Shown one piece after another: positions 57,291 to 64,000 of a DNA stretch of 64,000 nt; the stretch's first letter is position 1, and each line of letters opens with the position of its first letter. The notes beneath the pieces are model-generated. The model was not told where the DNA came from. It searched no databases and worked only from the letters and a program-made list of their open reading frames with translations. The position numbers and the translations under genes were made by a program. Source of the stretch: a virus; IMG/VR virus record IMGVR_UViG_3300018059_000546; one strand, given 5' to 3'.

Positions 57291-59680
57291 AAATCATGTC
57301 TCAGGCGAAAAAGAAACTTGCTTCGTGAACGTTTGACGATCGGTTGCGCAAGCTGAGCTTTCATGACAACGTTCAAATTTTCATCGTGTAGATTCACATT
57401 AGTGATGTACACGTACCTTTGATCGTCGTCGTTGGCAGAGAATGAAGCAGACAAGGGAACGTACGTTGCGTTAGAAGACGAATTGAGAGTAGCAGGCAGG
57501 GCGAGCACATTCACCTTCATCACGTGAACTTCTTGCTCTCCTCTAAAGTTCACAACGTATCCACTTCGTCCGAAGAATGGAATTTCAGGAGTTTTGATTA
57601 CGGCGAATCCGTCTTCGTACAACACGTTTCCGACGCTTGCCCAAGTTGCGTGTGGAGTTCGAGCGTTCGCCCTGTACAACCCTCCTCTGCCATCATCTTG
57701 GAATGTGATCTTCACTTTTCCGTCGCTGCCCGAGATGTTAGAGTCAGAAACAGTGAAAGACCCCGGCATGATCCTTCCTCCATAAAACAAGTTGCTGATA
57801 TCAAACATCGCAACTTCGTTAGAACTTGCATCTCTAGTTCTTTGGTAAATTGTCAACCCTCTAGACCGAGAGCTAGTTCCAGGTGGCCTCTCGTGAACTT
57901 TACCGACTTCTGGACTGGGACCCATCAAACTATCGAACATCGATCCTGAATCGACGCTTGTCAGAGCATCGTATGTCAGAACACCGCTCATCATATTTTC
58001 TAAGCTGATGAACGATGGGTCATAAGATCCTACAGCGTCGAGTTGGTTCGCATTCCCGTCGGTAAACGTACCTAGAAGAGAGAAATTCGGAACGAAATTC
58101 CCGTCGTCGCAAGGAAGAATCGTGAGATTTCTCTTGACAATTGGTGATTGGTCATACAAGAAATCGTTAGCAGACTTTGCCTGGGTCGTAGCGGCGAGTA
58201 TCGTCGCGGTCAAGTTCAGTAGACGAGGGAATCTTCCGGTCGCGAAATCCTTCGTGAAATTTTCGAGATTGATGTAGTGGCCGCCGACCCCAAAGGAGAA
58301 GTCCACGTTGAATGGGTCGACTGTTGTATCATCTCTTTGGAAGAATGGGGTTGTCGGTACGCCCCCGTATGTACCGACAAGAGTTCTTGTAGGAGATTCT
58401 CTTGTGAAGAAGGGAGGAACATAGAAGAGAACGTTGTCAAAATCTTCTATTCCGCTGCCAGCAGTACGATCTAGTTGAGCATCGTTCAGGTAAACATTTC
58501 TGATGCTTAGGTCATGAACTTCCGCGTTAAGAGGATGTGTGAACCTGTACGTTACTGGAAAGTCTGCTCCTGCAACATCTAGAGATACAAGTCCATCGCG
58601 GGCTGCAACGTCAGCACCAAAGAAACGAGACTGCGCTGATGTTCCTGCGTTAGGACCTTCGTAAAAATTACCAACGCAAAGAACGTCCGGGTACTCTCCC
58701 GTAAAAGCTCTTGGAAGAGCAATGCTCGTAGATGGAATGACGAAGTTTCCAGCGTTCAAACCATCGACAACGAAAGATCCCGTACCACTATTAGTGTTAG
58801 AAGTTCCCCATCGAACTACGACATGGTGCCAGTTGTTTCTAAGGAGAGAATTGTCGTTTGACATGAATGTCAAATTGTTAGCTGCAGGAAGAGCTAGCGA
58901 AGGCAGAACTTCAGAACTTTGACTAAGCTGCAATAGCAACCGAAATCCATTGGGATACCCCTGCCCATCTTTTGAACTACCTGTCACAAGCGAAAGTGCG
59001 TAGGTAGAAGAATAGTGAAGTATCGTTCCGGGCCTAAAATTAGATAACGATTCAGCACGGTCTGTCGTATACCTGGGATTCAGATACATTTCGAACGTGA
59101 ACGCACCTGTCACATTGTACGATGCGCTAGCGTAATTCGCGCTGTCGTAAACGTTTGGGTACAGAAGAACAGAATCGGACGGGACCTTCGACCCAGTAAA
59201 GAAATTCAACGCATGATAGTTCGTGTAACCCCACTGATACGACGGACGAACTGTTCGATAGAACGGCATCAACTTATTTTTGATAAGCAACTTCGCTGTC
59301 GTATCCTTAGTATACGCGAATGATGGTTCAAATCGAAGTATTTTCAGTTGCCTATTTTTACGAACAGGAATTATCTGAGCATCGACTGCAGACATGTACG
59401 AGCTCATCTGTCGAAAGAAACTTCCAGTCGACGATGGGATCACATCGTTAGTTCTAACACCGGCTCTGATGTGTTGAAGTATGCTGTCTACCGATGAATC
59501 ACTCGTACGAGTGTCAGTGAACGCAGATTTGGGACCGACGTCCTTTTGCGCATCTGACCTGCGTGGGAGAACGTAAATCGATCCCGTTGCGCCCGCGCTG
59601 GACGAAGTGAACGTCTGATACGGATTAGCAACTATGGTGAAGTGTTCGAGCTGATCCTTGCCGATACGGAAAATTGACAT
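57287..59680 (-). CDS. Baseplate/tail protein with LamG-like domain
   Basis: FTFEMYLNP...WHHVVVRW...VDG; C-terminal YITNVNLHDENLNVVMKAQLAQPIVK shared with the upstream gene. Confidence 0.65.
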   Translation of the reverse strand: MSIFRIGKDQLEHFTIVANPYQTFTSSSAGATGSIYVLPRRSDAQKDVGPKSAFTDTRTSDSSVDSILQHIRAGVRTNDVIPSSTGSFFRQMSSYMSAVDAQIIPVRKNRQLKILRFEPSFAYTKDTTAKLLIKNKLMPFYRTVRPSYQWGYTNYHALNFFTGSKVPSDSVLLYPNVYDSANYASASYNVTGAFTFEMYLNPRYTTDRAESLSNFRPGTILHYSSTYALSLVTGSSKDGQGYPNGFRLLLQLSQSSEVLPSLALPAANNLTFMSNDNSLLRNNWHHVVVRWGTSNTNSGTGSFVVDGLNAGNFVIPSTSIALPRAFTGEYPDVLCVGNFYEGPNAGTSAQSRFFGADVAARDGLVSLDVAGADFPVTYRFTHPLNAEVHDLSIRNVYLNDAQLDRTAGSGIEDFDNVLFYVPPFFTRESPTRTLVGTYGGVPTTPFFQRDDTTVDPFNVDFSFGVGGHYINLENFTKDFATGRFPRLLNLTATILAATTQAKSANDFLYDQSPIVKRNLTILPCDDGNFVPNFSLLGTFTDGNANQLDAVGSYDPSFISLENMMSGVLTYDALTSVDSGSMFDSLMGPSPEVGKVHERPPGTSSRSRGLTIYQRTRDASSNEVAMFDISNLFYGGRIMPGSFTVSDSNISGSDGKVKITFQDDGRGGLYRANARTPHATWASVGNVLYEDGFAVIKTPEIPFFGRSGYVVNFRGEQEVHVMKVNVLALPATLNSSSNATYVPLSASFSANDDDQRYVYITNVNLHDENLNVVMKAQLAQPIVKRSRSKFLFRLRHDF

Positions 59681-59737
59681 CTGCTAAAGTAAGTAGCAAA
59701 GGTGGTATTTACTTGCTTTTAGAATATGCACTACTTT

Positions 59738-60982
59738 TTAGAAATCGAGGCGAATTCTAATTGTCAGATCTCTTTCGCTGCTCTTTTCTATGGGACGGGA
59801 CATCTTCGCAACGGCAAGAAGGTTATCATTGGCATCGTATAACCCCAAAGTAGTAGGCATCGTGAACGAGGTCTGGCTATCTTCTTGTCCGTTCTCAATG
59901 ACAACAATTTTGTTGCTACTGTCGATGTAGGTTGGATTGCTTGAATAGTTGAATTCGTCTGCCGAAGCCCGGCAGAACACAAGCATAGAATTAATTGTCG
60001 TAACATTCTGGAAGGTCATTGCTGAAAGTGAACCAGAATGGAAACGCACACCGCAGAGATGATCCAGAATGTCATCTATTGACCCCGAAACAAGGAAGTC
60101 TGGGATGAACGTCGCCGTATTATTTTCTGATCTGGGACCACCGATGAGAGTCTGTCCGGCGTTGAAGTTTAATCCACCCGTCGACATACCGTCGATGACA
60201 CCTGATACGAACTGGGTTCCTGATACGATCTTGGCAAGGTCGAATACGGCGATTCCTCTATCGTAGAACATTAATCCTACAGAGGTCGACGTGTTAGAAG
60301 AATCGACAATGCTGCCAACTTCTCCACCAGCGACGAAGTTACGATTGTTAGACGACCCAACGTCAGTGTAGATAAACGTAGCAGAAGAAATTTCAATAGA
60401 TCCTGTGAGAGGTCTACCAAGGTTCGGAACGAGAGTACCTCCACCTTGTGTACCAATCGATGGGGCTCGGTTGAAGAACTTCAGGGCGAATGTTTCCCGC
60501 TTGATCTTGTCACGAGCAAAGAGTCGACGGAAGCACACGAACATTGCTGCATCTATCTTGTCAGTAGTCGTTGTAGAGTCGAACGGGGCAACGAACTGTG
60601 CCGTTGCATCTCCAAGCAGGACTTGAGAGAACTGCCTATAGACGTTCACTTTTTCTCTCATCATGAGAGAACTAGACGGAAATAGAAGTTTTCCAGCCGA
60701 ATCAGTTCCGAGCTTAGAACTGTTGACGATCGAACCTGATTCGAATAACCCTACTGTCACATCGAAGATGGGGTTAGCTGTTTGGAGGGTGAAGTCCTGG
60801 TCGTATACTGTCTGAAACAGGGACGATGTCACTCCTGGACCAACGCCACCCGTGACAAAGTGTTGGTAAGCCTTTCTAGTAGACGATCCAGAAATGTCAT
60901 TCTGAAGAACGTCGATTAATTGGTTCAAAAACGCCCGCGAGGAACGGATATCGTCAGAGCTTAGTTCTTTGTAAGTTGCCAC
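59738..60982 (-). CDS. Baseplate/virion structural protein
   Basis: VGLMFYDRGIAV...FCRA..DEFNYSSNPT...TTLGLYD...LLAVAKMSRPIEK...RLDF. Confidence 0.65.
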   Translation of the reverse strand: MATYKELSSDDIRSSRAFLNQLIDVLQNDISGSSTRKAYQHFVTGGVGPGVTSSLFQTVYDQDFTLQTANPIFDVTVGLFESGSIVNSSKLGTDSAGKLLFPSSSLMMREKVNVYRQFSQVLLGDATAQFVAPFDSTTTTDKIDAAMFVCFRRLFARDKIKRETFALKFFNRAPSIGTQGGGTLVPNLGRPLTGSIEISSATFIYTDVGSSNNRNFVAGGEVGSIVDSSNTSTSVGLMFYDRGIAVFDLAKIVSGTQFVSGVIDGMSTGGLNFNAGQTLIGGPRSENNTATFIPDFLVSGSIDDILDHLCGVRFHSGSLSAMTFQNVTTINSMLVFCRASADEFNYSSNPTYIDSSNKIVVIENGQEDSQTSFTMPTTLGLYDANDNLLAVAKMSRPIEKSSERDLTIRIRLDF

Positions 60983-61035
60983 GTTTTTATGAGTCCTTTC
61001 CTAAATAGACACAAAACGATGAATTCGGTAAAAGT

Positions 61036-61368
61036 TCATTGGCTGATGACATCGTAATAATATTCTTTCACAGTCAGATCGACGTTTCCGAGAGAAGCTT
61101 GATTGTTATCGAAAAATGTGTCTTTTCGATAGTAAATCACCTTGGGAGTTCCGCCTACGAGGATCGTCTGACCCACATGGAAGTCTTTTTCGGTTGTCTT
61201 CAGAATCGTGATAACTTCATTTTGTTTGATGTCTAGCAACATCATCGAACCTTCTTGATCTCCCAAGAAACCATGAAGATTCCAATCATGTCGCTCATAG
61301 AACAAATGGAGCCGAACAGGATTTTTGAACTTGATGACAGACCCTACAGGGAGCTCAGACGTTTTCAT
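61036..61368 (-). CDS. Hypothetical protein
   Basis: ATGA-coupled start at 61368 (MKTSELPVGS). Confidence 0.5.
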   Translation of the reverse strand: MKTSELPVGSVIKFKNPVRLHLFYERHDWNLHGFLGDQEGSMMLLDIKQNEVITILKTTEKDFHVGQTILVGGTPKVIYYRKDTFFDNNQASLGNVDLTVKEYYYDVISQ

Positions 61369-61784
61369 TTGATCCTGTAACCAGGATCTCCATTGAACTC
61401 TGTCAGACCTGGATTTGCATTCTTGATGCAATCGATGACAGATTCTCTAGTTTCTGAAACTTCGAGATGAATCCACTGCTTGTCAGTGATCCTGAACAAT
61501 TTAGGACCGGCTTTAGATCCGATGAACATACCATTGAGAAGCATGTCCTTTCTCATCTTTCTAATGATAGCATTAGGTTTGTCGAGGTTTTCGTCCAAAC
61601 CATGCCAGTAGACACCATCCAGCTGGACGTAGACATCGAACGCAGGAACGTACATGTCAATCCGTTGGTCGTGCAGTCTAACCTGGGCTTTGATGTCCGG
61701 AAAATGGGTCTTAAGAAAGTTCAACAATCGGGTTTCCGGCCCTGAAATGTACTTGTTCCTGGTCTGACGACGTTTTTTGGCCAT
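61365..61784 (-). CDS. Vsr/DUF559-like endonuclease
   Basis: SGPE...IDMYV...VQLDGVYWHG...LFRITD, paralogous to the nuclease domain of 33368..34147. Confidence 0.7.
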   Translation of the reverse strand: MAKKRRQTRNKYISGPETRLLNFLKTHFPDIKAQVRLHDQRIDMYVPAFDVYVQLDGVYWHGLDENLDKPNAIIRKMRKDMLLNGMFIGSKAGPKLFRITDKQWIHLEVSETRESVIDCIKNANPGLTEFNGDPGYRIK

Positions 61785-61799
61785 CAGATCTAAATAGGT

Positions 61800-61922
61800 T
61801 CACACGATGCGCTTACGATCGTGTCTCTTTTGCTGTGAATCTCTTATTTTTTGCAGAATCTTTTCAGAGTACTTTCGACCTGCGTGCTGTAGACTTTTAG
61901 CTTCTTCTGACCATCTACAACC
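61800..61922 (-). pseudogene. NUMOD3-like homing endonuclease remnant
   Basis: Start-less frame RWSEEAKSLQHAGRKYSEKILQKIRDSQ, directly after the upstream stop. Confidence 0.4.
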
Positions 61923-62639
61923 TTACAACGTTTTATTTACGTTTACCTTGAACTCGCGCACGGCCCCAGACTGAACTCCGGTGACTTTCACGTAACTCGA
62001 GATGATGTTCTTATTGCTCGAGCTGCCGAAGACAGTGAACTGGGCATCTGTGAGGCTCTTGACAGAAATAGTAAACTGCAACCGAGAACCATTCTGACTG
62101 TTCTCTGCAGCAGAGCGAGCCAGAATGTAAGTAGACTTCTGGTTTCCGTCCACATTATCGGGAGACTGACGAAGAATTTGTAAGAACATGTTGTTCATTT
62201 CAATGATGAATGTTTGATCTCTCAACTCCACGTCGATGGTGGTTTCGTTGGTTATAGTCTGCTCCACAAGGACTGTGGAGGTCTTCGAAAGGTTTCGACC
62301 TAAGGTTACCGTGCTGGCTGAGGAGTCGACGTTGCTGTCGCCAGAGAGCGACAGAGATGGTAGACGAATGAGGTTGGGATTCGAAATGCTAATGCATTTG
62401 TACTTCAAAGCGTAGTTTTGATTGGTCAAAGCTTCGAGAATGGGAGTATTCTTCTCGATTTTTTCCTTACCGACAGTACGACCGTACTTCTGAATGATCG
62501 AGTAATCTACCTCATCGTCACCCATCGCAAACTTCACTATTGAAAACGATCCATCATTACGAGCGATGAATTGTCTTCCAAGATCTGTTAAAACTGCATC
62601 TAAGATCAGATTAGACGTCGTCGAGTCCAGTAGCCCCAT
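61923..62639 (-). CDS. Virion structural (baseplate/tail-collar) protein
   Basis: MGLLD...ILDAVLTDLGRQFIA...IVKFAMGDDEVDY...PILEA, a recurrent large-myovirus structural N-terminus. Confidence 0.65.
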   Translation of the reverse strand: MGLLDSTTSNLILDAVLTDLGRQFIARNDGSFSIVKFAMGDDEVDYSIIQKYGRTVGKEKIEKNTPILEALTNQNYALKYKCISISNPNLIRLPSLSLSGDSNVDSSASTVTLGRNLSKTSTVLVEQTITNETTIDVELRDQTFIIEMNNMFLQILRQSPDNVDGNQKSTYILARSAAENSQNGSRLQFTISVKSLTDAQFTVFGSSSNKNIISSYVKVTGVQSGAVREFKVNVNKTL

Positions 62640-62646
62640 GATATTA

Positions 62647-62982
62647 TTATCCTTTTTGTCCGAGCTTTTTTAAGGTCGAAATATTTTCTCGACTTCTTGC
62701 GAATGAAAACTTCCCAATAGAATCTTCGCTCTTGATTATACGAAGCGCTTTACGAGCACTCATACGTTCTGGTTTAAATAGCATGCATGCATCTTCTACT
62801 GAAAGTAGAAGTGCATGCAACCTCACCATTTTAAATGATTTAGAAACTTTCATCTCACTGCTTGTTCGTAGCGAGCAAAAGCCATTCGAATCCGTGTACC
62901 AGCGACACAGAACCGCCCAGAGCAACAATTTGCCAAGCTCCCGTGTAGATTCCGTAGGACATGATGACAGCCCCAATACCAA
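62647..62982 (-). CDS. Hypothetical protein
   Basis: 111-aa ORF filling the gap on the coding strand. Confidence 0.35.
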   Translation of the reverse strand: MVLGLSSCPTESTRELGKLLLWAVLCRWYTDSNGFCSLRTSSEMKVSKSFKMVRLHALLLSVEDACMLFKPERMSARKALRIIKSEDSIGKFSFARSRENISTLKKLGQKG

Positions 62983-63022
62983 TTTCTACTCCAAACAACA
63001 TCGGAAGAACCTTGCTTCTCAT

Positions 63023-63667
63023 TTAGTTCACCGTCCCAGAATTCTCTTCATCCCCAACCGTCTGAATGTTCCATTCAGAACACTCACATTCGAGCTGCCA
63101 TTTGATGGGTTCAGCTCGAGTATAATCTAACACCATCAGAGGATAGATAGCAATCGGACGAACTTTCATCTTCCAAACTTCTAGGATAGTTCCAACAGAA
63201 TCGACGATCTTGACACTCAGGTCAGTCGACATTCCAGTCATCAGAGATGCAAGTCTAGCTACCATGGATCCGCCGACAACGTCGTAGAAAGACATACGGA
63301 CAGATCCGAAAACTGTGACTTCCTTATCTAGCTCAGTATCCCGAGCCCGGATGGTGCTGGGAGGAGAGAGATCCGCAACTAAGAAGGGTTCGATATCTCC
63401 AAGGTTAGCAATCCAAAGGTTCGTCCGGCATGAATTCATCATTGGAGCACAGAGATCTTTGATCTGACCCATATGGGTCGGTCGACCTTTTTCGGGTTGC
63501 TTGAATAACTTTACAATTTCATCGAAGTGAACCCGAGCGTCGGGTGGAAGCTTGTCCCGAAACGAGAGTTTTCGAATTCCCGTCCACACTAAAAATGAAT
63601 TCCAAACTGACAGCAGACGTAACCATGCAAATCTCATAGAAATATAGTACTCAGCTTCCTCGTTCAA
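63023..63667 (-). CDS. Divergent tail-tube-like (gp19-fold) protein
   Basis: The C-terminal half aligns by eye with 20214..20702: NLWIANLGDIEPFLV/NQWIFAIEGIDAFLM; DLSVKIVDSVGTILEVW/DAQIKIVDPIGTVVELW; LDY...EP. Confidence 0.65.
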   Translation of the reverse strand: MNEEAEYYISMRFAWLRLLSVWNSFLVWTGIRKLSFRDKLPPDARVHFDEIVKLFKQPEKGRPTHMGQIKDLCAPMMNSCRTNLWIANLGDIEPFLVADLSPPSTIRARDTELDKEVTVFGSVRMSFYDVVGGSMVARLASLMTGMSTDLSVKIVDSVGTILEVWKMKVRPIAIYPLMVLDYTRAEPIKWQLECECSEWNIQTVGDEENSGTVN

Positions 63668-64000
63668 GTTTAGCCGTGGAGTTGTCTATTTCTCTCAAAT
63701 CATCGATCGCTATGTTTACATCTTGTTGTTTCTGCAAATCTAGATTGATGAACTGGAATCTGTATGATCCTCCAGATCGACTCGTGGTCATGAACTTTAG
63801 GTCATTTCCTTGAGAATCGTAGACCACGTAATGTTCTGGATCGAATGCGATCTTTAGAGTGTGGTATCCGGATGTAACGATCGAATCTAAGAACGTATCT
63901 GCTAGCAAGAACATGTTCGGATAAGCTTTTGGAGCTCCCGAAGCTGAGATTCTCTTCAAAACCATTCTGTTTTTGAACCGATCGAAGGTAACCTGATACT
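63651..64000 (-). CDS. 3' end of a probable virion structural protein (starts outside the window)
   Basis: ISASGAPKAYPNMFL...GSYRFQFINLDLQK. Confidence 0.5.
   Translation of the reverse strand, partial: YQVTFDRFKNRMVLKRISASGAPKAYPNMFLLADTFLDSIVTSGYHTLKIAFDPEHYVVYDSQGNDLKFMTTSRSGGSYRFQFINLDLQKQQDVNIAIDDLREIDNSTAKLERGS

Larger units (their letters stand above)
3924..61796. promoter_or_regulatory. Dispersed TA-N-TTA putative late promoter motif (about 20 copies)
   Basis: Sense-strand TA[CTGA]TTA within ~5-40 nt of starts. Minus strand: 3924, 8833, 14308, 17480, 18458, 20719, 27863, 31154, 35453, 36995, 37596, 42425, 45319, 48542, 49699, 51722, 59690, 61002, 61791. Plus strand: 8817, 12314, 17504. 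Confidence 0.7.

Noticed and set aside
731-63130. Numerous + strand ORFs of 60-310 aa antisense to structural genes (e.g. 731..1576, 5260..6003, 25286..26218, 38009..38677)
   Set aside because: Shadow frames of codon-biased minus-strand genes, with no recognisable motifs.
1-64000. Genome-wide amber (TAG) reassignment, prompted by the in-frame TAG at 21041
   Set aside because: Long genes translate intact in the standard code, and TAG terminates genes at natural C-termini (sheath 28115, neck 34187, glycosyltransferase 14307, GIY-YIG 13083).
1-64000. tRNA, rRNA, group I/II introns, CRISPR arrays, diversity-generating retroelement
   Set aside because: No cloverleaf, split core genes, periodic repeats or reverse transcriptase were recognised by eye. 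Intergenic spaces are mostly too short.

Overview
This window is a 64-kb segment of a large T4-like (jumbo-type) myovirus genome. Almost all genes are on the minus strand, and together they cover most of the virion morphogenesis module. Reading 5'->3' on the minus strand the order is: baseplate/tail proteins, RuvC-like resolvase, primase, a fused Mre11-Rad50 (gp47-gp46) nuclease, terminase large subunit, an intein-containing portal, prohead protease, peptide deformylase, scaffold, major capsid protein, neck proteins, two ~1000-aa tail sheath paralogues, tail tube (with a second divergent tube-like gene far upstream), tail chaperones, tape measure and baseplate. Interspersed are many free-standing homing endonucleases and remnants, a stand-alone TnpB, and an accessory block (glycosyltransferase, polysaccharide pyruvyl transferase, fatty-acid hydroxylase, DEDDh exonuclease). 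Five observations stand out. (1) About a dozen otherwise unrelated ORFs share a short amphipathic 'L-x-E-[FLIV]-R-x-[LI]-[VI]-R-x-x-L-x-E' peptide ending in a T4 gp21-type L/I-x-E site, suggesting a capsid-targeting tag on diverse cargo proteins. (2) [ST]-G-S tripeptides are frequent in virion proteins, which lie near glycosylation enzymes. (3) A TA-N-TTA motif sits just upstream of about 20 genes, including tnpB. (4) An unannotated tagged gene is split by an in-frame amber codon that aligns with Gln in its paralogue. (5) An I-TevI-like RBS-sequestering hairpin precedes an HNH gene. All product calls are from motif recognition by eye; no database searches were run.
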